NCBI GenBank assembly: GCA_016792625.1
Contig: JAEUKK010000059.1
Span: 32,210-96,209 of the forward strand
Source of the DNA: Deltaproteobacteria bacterium
GTDB lineage: Bacteria; Myxococcota_A; UBA796; UBA2385
Length of the DNA: 64,000 bases
Reading direction: 5' to 3'
This document shows positions 17,494 through 28,532 of this stretch, piece by piece (within the stretch, counting starts at the first letter, position 1; every line of letters begins with the position of its first letter). The position numbers and the translations under genes were made by a program. Under the pieces are notes generated by a model. The model saw only the letters and a program-made list of their open reading frames with translations, was not told the origin of the DNA and made no database searches.

Positions 17494-18855
17494 ATGACGC
17501 CGCCCTCTAGCCCAGCCTCTGTCCCCCGACGGCTCCTCGCGCTGGCCCTGCCGGTCGTCGGGCTCAACGTGCTCAACGTGCTCTCGTTGGCGGTGGACAC
17601 GGCGATGGTCGGCCGCCTGCCCGACCCGGCCAGCGCGCTGACCGGGCTCGGCTATGGCACGCAGTTCTTGTTCATCCTCATGGTGCTGATGATCGGCCTG
17701 GCGGTCGGCTCGGTGGCGATCGTCGCCCGGGCCTTCGGCGCCCGCGATCTTGAGCGGGTGAACCACCAGCTCGGCCAGTCGATGATGCTCACCGTCGGGA
17801 TGGGCGTGCTGATGGGCCTCGTCGGTCGGGCGGTCGCGCCGCTCTACCTCGACCTGGTGAGCGCCCGCGGCCCGGCCCGCGCCGCCGCGCTGCTCTACCT
17901 CGACCCGCTGCTGCTCGGCTTGGTGTTCAACTACTTGACCATCCTGCTCGGCTCGATGCTGCGCGGCGTGGGCAACACCCGCCTCGCCTTCCAGGTCGCG
18001 CTGGTCAGCAACCTCGCGAACTTCGGCCTCAACAGCGTGCTCATCTACGGGGCGCTGGGCCTGCCCGCCCTGGGCGTGCGCGGCGCGGCCATCGGCACGC
18101 TGCTCTCGCAGATCTTGAGCTTGGTGCTCATCCTCGGGGCGCTGGCCCGCGGCGCGGTGCCCGGCGTGCGCCCGCCCCTGCGCCCGGTGGCGGTGGACTG
18201 GGCCGCGGCGCGGTCGCTGCTGCGCATCGGCGCGCCCGCCGCCCTCGACATGGTGGTGCTCAACGCCGGCTTTTTGAGCATCGTGACCCTGCTCGGCCTG
18301 CTCGACCCCCTCGCGGTGGCCGCCCACGGCATCGGCCTGCGCATCCAGGCCCTGGCCTTCGTGCCGGGCATGGCGATCAGCCAGGCCACGGGCGCGCTCG
18401 TCGGGAACGCCCTGGGCGCGGGCAAACCCGACGAGGCCCGCCAGGTGGCCCGGGTCAGCGTCGGGCTCTGCGTGGCGGTGATGTCGGTGGTGCCGCTGTT
18501 CATCGCCCTGCCCTCAGACGCCGTGCTGGCGCTCTTTGACGTCGATCCGGCGGGGGCGATGGGCGGCTATGCCACGACCTGGATCCGCATCCTCGGCGTC
18601 TGCATGCCGCTGGCCGGGGTGCACGTGGCCTTGGCCGGCGCCTTCCAAGGCGCGGGCGCCACCCCGCTCTCGCTGCGCCTGAACCTCGCCTCGACCCTGC
18701 TGGTGCAGATCCCCGCCTCCTACCTGCTCGGCGTGCAGGCCGGGCTCGGGCCGCTCGGGGTCTGGCTCGGCTTCCCCATTGGTTTCGTGGCCCGCTCGGG
18801 CCTCGCCCTATGGACCTACATCGACGGGGCCTGGCTGCAGGCGCGCGTGCGCTAA
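17494..18855 (+). CDS. MATE-family multidrug/toxin efflux transporter
   Basis: The product has 12 predicted TM helices. The MATE N-terminal block is LALPVVGLNVLNVLSLAVDTAMVGRL. The track start 17440 would overlap the divergent gene, so the ATG at 17494 is preferred (uncertain). Confidence 0.8.
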   Translation: MTPPSSPASVPRRLLALALPVVGLNVLNVLSLAVDTAMVGRLPDPASALTGLGYGTQFLFILMVLMIGLAVGSVAIVARAFGARDLERVNHQLGQSMMLTVGMGVLMGLVGRAVAPLYLDLVSARGPARAAALLYLDPLLLGLVFNYLTILLGSMLRGVGNTRLAFQVALVSNLANFGLNSVLIYGALGLPALGVRGAAIGTLLSQILSLVLILGALARGAVPGVRPPLRPVAVDWAAARSLLRIGAPAALDMVVLNAGFLSIVTLLGLLDPLAVAAHGIGLRIQALAFVPGMAISQATGALVGNALGAGKPDEARQVARVSVGLCVAVMSVVPLFIALPSDAVLALFDVDPAGAMGGYATTWIRILGVCMPLAGVHVALAGAFQGAGATPLSLRLNLASTLLVQIPASYLLGVQAGLGPLGVWLGFPIGFVARSGLALWTYIDGAWLQARVR

Positions 18856-18874
18856 ACGCCCCCAGCGGCGATGT

Positions 18875-19915
18875 TCAGCCCTCGGGCTGCCAGCGGGGTA
18901 ACCAGTCGACCCCCGGCCCGCCCAGCGCCACCCACTCCCCTTCCCCCTCGCCCGAGATGGCGATGAGGTCGCTGTCTTCGCCGACGCTCCGCGCGGTGAG
19001 CAGCAGCCGGCCGTCGGGCGCCCAGGACACCCCCTCCTCGCGGCCGGGCGGGCAGCCCCCCTTGGCCGGCCCGCGGAGCTGGGCGCCGGTCTGCACGTCA
19101 AAGATGGTGATGCAGGAGCGGTCGGCGGCGCGGACGGGCAGCGCGAGCCGCCGGCCATCGGGGGACCAGGCGAGCCCCTGGTCGGGCACGGCCTCGGCCC
19201 CCTGGCCGGTGGGCACATAGAGCGCGCGGACGGACAGGTCGGCCAGCTGGAGCACCGACACGCCGAGAACACCGCCCCGACCGCTGATCCAGGCGAGGTA
19301 GCGGCCGTCGGGCGACCAGGTCGGGTTCAGGTCCTCGCCCGGGGCGCGCAGCAGCGGCCGCAGCTCACCGCCGGCCAGGGGCACCGCGTAGAGGTCGAGC
19401 TCGCCAGCGGTGGACGCGACGAAGGCCACCAGGCCCTGGGGCGAGACGCTGGGCGTGAAGGCGCCCTCGGGCAGGTCGGTCAGCGGGCGCTGCTCGCCGG
19501 TGGCGAGGTCAATCACCGCGAGGTCTGAGAAGCCCCGGAGCGCCGCTTCGACGACCAGCGCCCGGCCGTCGGGGGCCCAGGCCGCCGCCCGCAACCGGGG
19601 TCGCGCGGGCCCCAGCGGGATGAGCGCCCCGCTCGGATCGACGCGCAGCAGCTGCTCTTCGTGCCCACCCGGGCCCTCGCGGCTGCCGATGAGCACGGCC
19701 GGCGCGCCCGGCGGGCCAGGGGGCGCGGGGAATGCCGCCCCCTCGGGCGCGGGCAGCTCGACCACCGCCGGCGGCGCGCCTAACGGCGCGGGGGCGAGGC
19801 GCATCGGGCGTGCAGCGGGGCCATCTCCGCGGACGAAGTGCACCGCGCCCAGCGTCGGCGGACCACCACAAGCGGCGATCCCGAGCGCGAGGGCACCTGT
19901 GCGCAGGGCGCGCAT
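18875..19915 (-). CDS. TolB-like beta-propeller lipoprotein (PD40/WD40-like repeats)
   Basis: The track ORF extends to 20140. The ATG at 19913-19915 overlaps the upstream stop (ATGA) and gives MRALRTGALALGIAAC (lipobox). The repeated PD40-type motif is WSPDGR, seen in NPTWSPDGRYLAWIS, GLAWSPDGRRLAL and VSWAPDGRLLL. Confidence 0.75.
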   Translation of the reverse strand: MRALRTGALALGIAACGGPPTLGAVHFVRGDGPAARPMRLAPAPLGAPPAVVELPAPEGAAFPAPPGPPGAPAVLIGSREGPGGHEEQLLRVDPSGALIPLGPARPRLRAAAWAPDGRALVVEAALRGFSDLAVIDLATGEQRPLTDLPEGAFTPSVSPQGLVAFVASTAGELDLYAVPLAGGELRPLLRAPGEDLNPTWSPDGRYLAWISGRGGVLGVSVLQLADLSVRALYVPTGQGAEAVPDQGLAWSPDGRRLALPVRAADRSCITIFDVQTGAQLRGPAKGGCPPGREEGVSWAPDGRLLLTARSVGEDSDLIAISGEGEGEWVALGGPGVDWLPRWQPEG

Positions 19916-21612
19916 CAGGGCGTGCGGACCCGCACCGCGTCGGCGATGACGACGTAGCCAGGCGTGGTCCAGCGGCTGAGCGAGACGCGGTTCCAGCCGG
20001 CGGTGAAGTCGTAGGTGCCGAGCGCGACCCAGCGGCTGTGGTTGCCCGACTGGTCGACGTAGAAGGTGCCGAGGTGGCGCTCGCTGGCGTCGTACATCAT
20101 GAACGGCGCGCTGCGCGAGCGGTCGCCCGCCGCCGGCCACCAGCCCTCGACGGTCAGGCGGGTGGAGCTGCCCAGGTAGAACCAGAAGTGAGCCGAATCA
20201 CTGGCCTCGGCCGTGCTGCGCCACCAGTAGCCGGTGTTGTAGTAGCCGCCGACGTTGTTGCTGGCGCCCCAGTAAGAGGAGACCTCGATGCGGGCGTTGG
20301 AGCCGTTCAGCGCGCTGTTGCTGTCGATGACGATCTCGACGGGGGAGGAGGAGGAGCTGCCGCTGCCGGAGCTGCTGCTCCCGCTGCCCGAGCTGCTCCC
20401 GCCGGAGCTGCTGCCGCCCGAGCTGCTGCCGCCGCTGGAGCTGCTCCCCGAGCCGCTGCTCCCGCTGCCCGAGCTGCCGCCGCCGCAGGCCGCCGCCTGG
20501 GTCAAGTAGGTGGTCCAGGGCCAGTTCGGGCCCGGATCGCTGCGGTTGTAGGGCTGGAGCTGGCCGTGCCCGACGATGTGGTAGCGGTCCTTGGGGATGC
20601 TGCGGGCGGTGGCGATCTCGCAGACCAGGGCTGCCGAGCGGCTGATCAGGCGGCTGTCCCAGGAGGCCTGGCTGCCGTAGCCGGCGTGCTCAATGCCGAT
20701 GGTGAAGTTGTTGTTGCTCGAACCATCCCGCGAGCAGTCGACCTGGCTGTTGAGATCGCAGTCGTAGGTGCTGCCGATGTGCCACGCCTTGCGCGCCTCG
20801 CTGACCAGCTGCGTGACCTCGCTGCCGTCGGAGTTGACGACGTAGTGGGCGCTCACGCCCGAGCTGCTGTTGGCCAGCCAGCTCCAGCAGCCGGAGTAGC
20901 TGCCCTCGCAGGTGTGGATGATGATCATCGAGGGCGTGCCCGCCGCGCCCGAGGGGCGGGCCGAGTGGTTCGGCGAGCTGCGCCAGATGACGCCGGCGCG
21001 CTCGGCGGTCGAGGTCTGCAGGCGGGGCAGGGCGAAGTCGGCGAGCACCTCGGTCGGGCGGATCTGGGCGAACTCGGTCTGCACGCCCTCGTTGATGCGC
21101 CGGAACACGCCGTTGTGCACGTAGTCAGCCTGGGCGTCGGCCTCGTCGACGCCGCTGTACCAAGCGACCACCGGGCCCCAGGCCGAGAGGTCATCGATGT
21201 CGATGTCTTGGCGCTCGGCCTCATCGGCGAGCAGCGCGGCGGCGGCGCGGATGTTGGCCTCGCGCTCGGCGGCCACCTCATCTTCGGGCAGGCCGGCGAG
21301 GGCAGCCGCGCGGCTCAGGCGCTCACCACGCAGCGCCATCAGGCCAAAGGCCGGCTCGGTGCCCTCGAACTCGACCTCACCCTCCACGAACTCCCACCGG
21401 GACTCTTCGTAGGCGATCGCGAGCAGAATGGTCTCGGGCACGCCATAGAGCTCGGCGGCCAGCGCGAACTCATCCCCCACCTCGAGCATCGACTCGAAGT
21501 CGCTGTTCACGTTCTCGGTCAGCGGCCCCATGTCATTGGCGCTGTCCGCCGCGTCGAAGGAGCAGCCGGCGACCACCAGCAGCAGCGAGAGGGGGAGGAG
21601 GCGGGCGGTCAT
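19915..21612 (-). CDS. Multidomain peptidoglycan hydrolase lipoprotein: SLT-like lytic transglycosylase, Amidase_2 (AmpD/PGRP-type) N-acetylmuramoyl-L-alanine amidase, Gly/Ser linker and a golvesin-C-terminal-like domain
   Basis: Lipobox LLLVVAGC. SLT block is YGVPETILLAIAYEESRWEF...FGLMAL. Amidase_2 blocks are MIIIHTCEGSYSG, VSAHYVV, AWHIGS, IGIEHAGY and IVGHGQL. The linker is a ~48-aa G/S run. The C-terminal ~150 aa end in GYVVIADAVRVRTP. Confidence 0.8.
   Translation of the reverse strand: MTARLLPLSLLLVVAGCSFDAADSANDMGPLTENVNSDFESMLEVGDEFALAAELYGVPETILLAIAYEESRWEFVEGEVEFEGTEPAFGLMALRGERLSRAAALAGLPEDEVAAEREANIRAAAALLADEAERQDIDIDDLSAWGPVVAWYSGVDEADAQADYVHNGVFRRINEGVQTEFAQIRPTEVLADFALPRLQTSTAERAGVIWRSSPNHSARPSGAAGTPSMIIIHTCEGSYSGCWSWLANSSSGVSAHYVVNSDGSEVTQLVSEARKAWHIGSTYDCDLNSQVDCSRDGSSNNNFTIGIEHAGYGSQASWDSRLISRSAALVCEIATARSIPKDRYHIVGHGQLQPYNRSDPGPNWPWTTYLTQAAACGGGSSGSGSSGSGSSSSGGSSSGGSSSGGSSSGSGSSSSGSGSSSSSPVEIVIDSNSALNGSNARIEVSSYWGASNNVGGYYNTGYWWRSTAEASDSAHFWFYLGSSTRLTVEGWWPAAGDRSRSAPFMMYDASERHLGTFYVDQSGNHSRWVALGTYDFTAGWNRVSLSRWTTPGYVVIADAVRVRTP
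20341..20487. repeat. Low-complexity GCT/GCC/GGA trinucleotide-rich tract encoding the Gly/Ser linker of the hydrolase
   Basis: Read directly as runs of gctgct/gccgga/gctgcc. It translates on the minus strand to GGGSSGSGSSGSGSSSSGGSSSGGSSSGGSSSGSGSSSSGSGSSSSS. Confidence 0.8.
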
Positions 21613-22121
21613 GGAGGCTCCCGGTCGATGGGGGCCAGTCCGGGCGGCGCCGCTGGAGGCGCGCCGGCGGGGACCAGCAGACGAGGCGAGGCGGAGCGAG
21701 CGCAGGGCGCAGCGTCACCGCGCCCCCGCAGGGGGACGCTACCAGAGGCGCCATCGGCCGCGGGCCCCACGCCTGAAGCCGACCCGAAGGGCCGCCCGGG
21801 CCCGCTCGGGCCCGCCGCGGCGTCGATGAGCGAGAACAACATCCAGCGGGTCGTTCACCGCAAACACCGTGCCCGGCTGCAGGGTGATGACACCGCGGGG
21901 CGGTGGCGCCCTCGCCGGGGTTGGGCCCGCCGTCGCGATCTCCGCGAAGCACGCGCCGCTGTCGGGGGCGCTGGTTATGCGCCCGACCCGCGCTCCCGCC
22001 TGCACGCAGGGGCGCCATGGCCCGCGGCCCCCACGGGTCCGGCCCCTTTCCCCGGCGACCACGGCCCCGCAGCGGGGCTCCGCGCCGCAGCCCGCGCGAC
22101 CTCGGCGTCGCGGAGGACCGC

Positions 22122-23660
22122 ATGTACGAGTTTGAGGAGAAGCGGCTGGAGAAGCTCGCGGCCATGCGCGCCGCCGGCCTCGCCGTGTACCCCCACGGCC
22201 TGCGCACCACCCACAGCACCGCCGAGGTCGAGGCGCTCATCGCCGGCCGCGGGGCCGAAGCGCTGGCCACCGACAGCACCGAGGTCGTGCTCGCCGGCCG
22301 GCTGATGTTCAAGAATGAGATGGGCAAGGCCGGCTTCGCCCGCGTGCAAGACGCCTTTGGGCGCATGCAGCTCTACGTTCGCAAGAATGACGTGGGCGAG
22401 ACCACCTTCGACGATGTCTGGAAGAAGCTCGACCTCGGCGACCACGTCTGGGCCCGCGGCCGCCTGATGGTCACCAAGACCGGCGAGCCCAGCGTGCACG
22501 TCACCGAGCTGCGCCTCGCCGCCAAGTGCATCGCCAGCCTGCCCGACAAATGGAAGGGACTGAGCGACGCCGAGTACCGCAACCGGCACCGCTACGTCGA
22601 TCTGTTCGTCAACCCCGAGAGCCGCGAGACCTTCTTGCGGCGCTCGCGGGTGGTGCGCGCCGTGCGCGACTTCTTTGAGGCCCGCGGCTTCTTTGAGGTC
22701 GAGACGCCCATGCTGCAGGCCATCCCCGGTGGGGCGGTGGCGCGGCCCTTTGTCACGCACCACAACGCGCTCGACATGCCGCTCTACATGCGGATCGCGC
22801 CCGAGCTCTTCCTCAAGCGCCTCGTGGTCGGCGGGATGGAGAAGGTCTTCGAGATCAACCGCAACTTCCGCAACGAGGGGGTGAGCACCCGCCACAACCC
22901 CGAGTTCACCATGCTCGAGTTCTACTGGGCCTACGCCACCTGGCAGGACTTGATGGATCTGAGCGAGGCCCTGCTGCGCGAGGTTGCCCAGAAGGTCACC
23001 GGCGGCACGGCCCTGACCTGGGGTGAGCACCAGATTGACGTGGGGCAGCCCTTCCGCCGCTGGCGCATGTCCGAGGCCATCTCGGAGCGCACCGGGCTCT
23101 CGGCCGAGGCGGTCCTCGACCCGGCGGCGATGCGCACCTTTTGGATCGAGCGCTTCCCCAAGGACGCCAAGAACCCCAAGCTGCCCACCACGCTGGGCAA
23201 GTGGTACGAGTGGCTCTTTGATGAGTACGTCGAGGGTGAGCTGGTCCAGCCCACCTTTATCACGCACTTCCCCGCCGAGATCAGCCCCTTGTCGCGCCGC
23301 TCGGACGAGGACCCGGCCGTGGCCGAACGTTTTGAGCTCTACGTCGGCGGCATCGAGCTGGGCAATGGTTTCAACGAGCTCAACGACCCGCTCGACCAGC
23401 AGGACCGCTTCCTCGGCCAAGTGGCCGCCCGCGACGGCGGCGACGACGAGGCGATGTACTTCGACGCCGACTACATCAAGGCCTTGAGCTTCGGCATGCC
23501 GCCCACGGCGGGCGAGGGCATCGGCATCGACCGCCTGGTCATGCTGATGACCGGCCAGACCTCGATCCGCGACGTGGTGCTCTTCCCGACCCTGCGCCCC
23601 GACCGGGGCGGCGCCGCCGAAGCCGCGCCCCCCGCGGCCGACAAGGCGCCGCAAGGATGA
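22122..23660 (+). CDS. lysS: Lysine--tRNA ligase (class II)
   Basis: The track ORF starts at 21903. The ATG at 22122 is preceded by GGAGGA and gives MYEFEEKRLEKLAAMRAAG. Class II motifs are FFEVETPML, FRNEGVSTRHNPEFTMLEFY and GGIELGNGFNELNDP. Confidence 0.95.
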   Translation: MYEFEEKRLEKLAAMRAAGLAVYPHGLRTTHSTAEVEALIAGRGAEALATDSTEVVLAGRLMFKNEMGKAGFARVQDAFGRMQLYVRKNDVGETTFDDVWKKLDLGDHVWARGRLMVTKTGEPSVHVTELRLAAKCIASLPDKWKGLSDAEYRNRHRYVDLFVNPESRETFLRRSRVVRAVRDFFEARGFFEVETPMLQAIPGGAVARPFVTHHNALDMPLYMRIAPELFLKRLVVGGMEKVFEINRNFRNEGVSTRHNPEFTMLEFYWAYATWQDLMDLSEALLREVAQKVTGGTALTWGEHQIDVGQPFRRWRMSEAISERTGLSAEAVLDPAAMRTFWIERFPKDAKNPKLPTTLGKWYEWLFDEYVEGELVQPTFITHFPAEISPLSRRSDEDPAVAERFELYVGGIELGNGFNELNDPLDQQDRFLGQVAARDGGDDEAMYFDADYIKALSFGMPPTAGEGIGIDRLVMLMTGQTSIRDVVLFPTLRPDRGGAAEAAPPAADKAPQG

Positions 23661-24954
23661 TCCGCTTCGCCCTCCTGATCGCCCGCTCGCACCTGCGCTC
23701 TCGGCACGCCGCCGCCGGCGTCAACCTGCTGGCGGCCGTCTCGATCGCCGGCGTGGCGATCGGGGTCACCGCGCTGGTCATGGTGCTCGCGGTAATGGAG
23801 GGCTTCGAGATCGACCTGCGCAAGAAGATCCTCGGCGCCAACGCCCACCTGCTGACCCTGCACCAAGACGGGGCCTTCGGCGACTGGGGGTCGGCTGTGG
23901 CCAAGGTCGAGGCGGTGCCCGGCGTGGTCGCCGCGGCCCCCTTCGTCTACGGCGAGGTGATGCTGCGCAGCCACGCGGGCTCGGCCGGCGTCGTCCTCAA
24001 AGGGATTGATCCGGTGCGCACCCCCCGGGTCACCGCGATGACCCAGAACCTCAAGCTCGGCCCGGCGGGTGAGCTCGACGACGACGATGAGCGGCAGGCG
24101 GTGCTCGACACCCTGCGCTTGCCACCCCGGGGCATCGCCCAGGCCGCCGACGACACCGAGCCCTTGCCGGGGATCATCCTGGGGACCGAGCTGGCCGGCA
24201 GCCTCGGGGTCTTCCCGGGTGACCGCCTGCACGTGATCAACCCGGTGGGCGGCGGGGTCGGGCCATTTGGCGTGCCGGTGCCCAAGGTCCAGCCCTTCCG
24301 CGTGGCTGGCGTGTTTTACTCGGGCATGTACGAGTACGACACCAAGTGGAGCTACATCTCCATCCCCGACGCCCAGGCCTTCCTCGGCTACGCCGACAAG
24401 GTCACCGGGATCGAGATCATCGCCGAGGACGCCGACGCGGTGGGCGCGCTGTCGCCGCAGATCGACAAGGCGCTGGGCAAAGAGTTCTTCTCGCGCAATT
24501 GGAAGGTGATGAACAAGGCGCTCTTCTCAGCCCTGCGGCTTGAGAAGTATGTGATGGGGCTCATCCTCAGCCTGATCACCGCGGTGGCGAGCCTGAACAT
24601 CGTCGGCTCGCTCATCCTCATCGTGGTGACGCGCAGCAAAGAGATCAGCATTTTGCGTGCGTTGGGCGCCAGCGTGGGCAGCGTGCGCCTGATCTTCATC
24701 TTGGAAGGCCTGCTCATCGGCGTGGTCGGCACGGCCATCGGCGCCGCGCTCGGCTTGGCCGGCTGCTGGGGCCTGCAGACCTACCCCTTCCCGCTCGACA
24801 CCGACGTCTACTACGTCGACAAGCTGCCTTGCGTGGTGGTGCCCCAAACGGTGGTCACCGTCGCGCTCAGCGCGGTGGGCATCTGCCTGCTGGCCACGCT
24901 CTGGCCGGCCAAGCTCGCGGCCGAGATCCAGCCGGCCGACGGCCTGAGGTACGA

Positions 24955-24958
<4 letters not shown>
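23657..24958 (+). CDS. Lipoprotein-releasing system permease, LolC/LolE family
   Basis: ATGA overlap with lysS. 433 aa. The MacB/FtsX-type topology has an N-terminal TM (VNLLAAVSIAGVAIGVTALVMVLAVMEGF), a large periplasmic loop and a C-terminal FtsX 3-TM bundle. Confidence 0.85.
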
Positions 24959-25688
<730 letters not shown>

Positions 25689-25692
<4 letters not shown>

Positions 25693-28496
25693 TCGCCCCG
25701 CTGCTGCTGCACCTCATCTTGTCCGCGCCCGCGCTGGCCCAGGCCGCGCCGGCCGATCCGGCCGCGCCCGCGGCCCCCGCTGCCCCCGAAGCACCTCCGG
25801 CGGCACCTGCGCCCGAGGCGCCGGCTCCGTCCGCTCCCTCCGAGGCGCCGGCTCCGTCCGCTCCCTCCGAGGCGCCGGGTCCGCCCGGGGCGCCGGCTCC
25901 GCCCGCGGCGCCGGCTCCGCCCGAGGCGCCCGCGGGGGTGCTGCGTACCGATGAAGATCCCCGCCTCGGCGGCGGTGGCCCCCTCGGCCTGCCCGGCGAG
26001 CTCTGGTTGCAGATCCCGCTCAGCCCCGGCGCGGCCCCAATGAAGGTCGAGGCCGTCGAGGTCGTGGGCCTGCGCCGCATCGAAGAAGCGGCGATCCAGG
26101 CGGCGATCCGCCTGACCAGCGGCAGCGAGCTGACCATGGCCGCGGTGCGCTCCGACCTCAAGGCCGTCTTCGCCACCGGCTTGGTCGACGACGTACGGGT
26201 CAGCGCCGCGCCCGGCCGGGCGCCGGGCCGCTACGTGCTCCGGTTTACGGTCGACGAGAAGCCGGCCGTGCGCGAGGTGCGCCTCGAGGGCAACAAGAAG
26301 CTCGACGAAGATGCCCTGCGCGAGGTCATCGACATCGAGATCAACACGGTCTACAACGAGGCCGAGGTCGCCCGCAACATCCAGCGCATACGCGAGAAGT
26401 ACGTCGAGAAGGGCTACTACCTCGCCGAGATCGATCCCCAGGTGCGTGAGGTCGGCGACGACCAGGTCGAGCTGACCCTGAAGGTCACCGAGAACCGCAA
26501 GGTCCAGCTGCAGCGGGTCGACATCACCGGCAACGAGGGCGTGCCTGACCGCAAGATCAAGCGCTTCATCCAGACCAAAGAGGCGGCGATCCCCTTCTTG
26601 ACCAAGTCGGGGAACTTCGACGAGCTCAAGCTCAACGACGACGTGCAGATCGTGCGCTCGGTCTTCATGGAAGAGGGCTACATCGAGGCCGCGGTCGACG
26701 CGCCCCAGGTCTACCTCTCGCCCGACAAACGTTTCATTCACGTCACGATCAACGTGAAAGAGGGCAAGAAGTACAAGCTCGGCAAGCTCAAGGTGCGCGG
26801 CGACATGGTCCCCGCCGAGGGCCTGACCGAAGAGGCCGTGCGGCGGATCATCGAGGGCGACACCGCCAAGGTGGTGAACGAGCGCTGGGCCAAGGCCAAG
26901 GCGGCCAACGAAGAGGCAGGCACGCCCGACGCGCCCCTGCCCGAAGGCTGGGAGCAGCCGGGCAAGTCGCCGCTGCGCTTCGACCCCAGCCACCCCGAGA
27001 TGGAGACCGGCGACACCTTCAAGCTCTCGGTCATGCAGCAGACGCTCGCTGAGATCAGCGACCTGTACGGCGATCAAGGCTATGCGTTCGCGAACGTGGT
27101 GCCGATCACCGAGACCGACGAAGAGAGCGGCGTCGTCGACATCGTCTTCGAAGTGCAGCGCGGCGACAAGCTGCGCGTCGACCGCATCCAGATCACCGGC
27201 AACGACCCCACCTTCGACAAGGTCATCCGCCGCGAGATCCCCATCAACGAAGGCGACATCTACTCGGGCAGCAAGGTCAAAGAGGCCCGCCAGCGCCTCG
27301 AGCGCCTCGGCTACTTCGAAGAGGTCCGCATCTCGACGCCGCGGAGCAAAGAGCCCGAGTCCCTCGACATGTTGGTCGACGTGACCGAGCAGCCGACCGG
27401 CAGCTTCAGCGTGGGCGCAGGGTTCTCAAACATTGAGAACTTTATGCTCACCGCCAACGTGTCGAAGAACAACTTTATCGGCATGGGCTACGTGATGAGC
27501 GCCTCGGCGCAGATCTCGAGCCAGCGGCAACAGTGGAACCTCCAGCTCTTTGACCCCTACTTCCTCGACTCGCGCTGGACCTTCTCGATCAACGGCTACA
27601 GCAACGCCACCCAATTCATCGAGGACCAGTACCAGCGCGGCGGCAGCGTCTCGGTCGGCCGCTACCTCGACCAGCGCAACGACACCCGGCTGACCTTCGA
27701 CTACACCTTCGAAGACACCGGCCTGCGCGCGCTCGACAGCTACAAGCTGCGCCTGCTCGGCGGCGAGCTGTACCGCAACGGCCTCACCAGCACCGGCGGC
27801 CTGTCGTTTATCCTCGACAAGCGAAACAACCGGATCCAAGCCACGCGCGGCGTCTTCGCCACCGCGAGCACCGCGCTCTCGGGCGGCGTGCGCTCCGACG
27901 ACGACACGGTCACCCAGGTCTTTGGCGGCGACTTCAACTTCATCGAGTCGAAGCTCAACGTCCGCGCCTACCAGCCCGTGGTCAAAAAAGAGTGGCTGAT
28001 CTTCAAATACAACGGCACGCTGGGCAAAATCTGGTCAACCGACGGCACCATCGTGCCCTTCATCCACCGCTACCGCGCGGGCGGCATCCAGTCTGTCCGC
28101 GGCTTTGCGTGGTTCTCGCTGGGCCCGAGCCTGCGCGCCCCGGGCTTCAAGCAACCCCAGCAGTACAGCTTCATCGGCTCGGAAGACCCGACAGCGCCCG
28201 ATGACCGCCTCATCGTCGGCGGCACCGAGACCTGGATCAACAACTTCGAGCTCGAATCGCCGATCATCAAGCAGGCCGGCATCTCAACGGTCGTCTTCTT
28301 TGACGCCGGCAACGCGTTTGGCGACGTGTGGGGCGACGGCAACATGAGCCTGGGCGGGCTCCGCGGGGCCTACGGGTTCGGCGTGCGCTGGTTCAGCCCC
28401 ATGGGCCCGCTGCGCTTTGAGTGGGGCGTGCCGGTGAACCCGCGCCCCGACGAGCGGCGCATCGTCTTCGACTTCAGCATCGGCAGCCTGTTCTGA
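25689..28496 (+). CDS. bamA: Outer membrane protein assembly factor BamA (Omp85) with an N-terminal Pro/Ala-rich extension
   Basis: GTGA overlap with lolD. 935 aa: signal peptide, ~70 aa of PA-rich sequence, POTRA-type repeats (for example VEVVGLRRIEEAAIQAAI and RVDITGNEGVPDRKIKR), then an Omp85 barrel ending in FDFSIGSLF. Confidence 0.9.
25815..25868. repeat. Perfect 27-bp tandem duplication (GAGGCGCCGGCTCCGTCCGCTCCCTCC x2) inside the bamA 5' region
   Basis: Read directly. It encodes EAPAPSAPS twice. Degenerate further copies follow to about 25935. Confidence 0.8.
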
Positions 28497-28532
28497 GCGC
28501 CGCCTCACCCTTCGCCCCCTTCGGAGCCCCGC

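Noticed and set aside
21739-22062. 107-aa minus-strand ORF in the long lysS-upstream gap containing a protein-like stretch VITLQPGTVFAVNDPLDVV
   Set aside because: It was considered as a small cupin-like gene. The flanks are Arg/Gly-rich, third-position GC is clearly lower than in real genes here, and there is no SD or plausible start. It could at most be a decayed remnant, so it is kept only as part of the intergenic finding.
19732-22305. 857-aa plus-strand ORF spanning the hydrolase gene, the long intergenic gap and the lysS 5' end
   Set aside because: It runs antisense through a gene with strong domain evidence, then out of frame into lysS. There is no coherent domain content.
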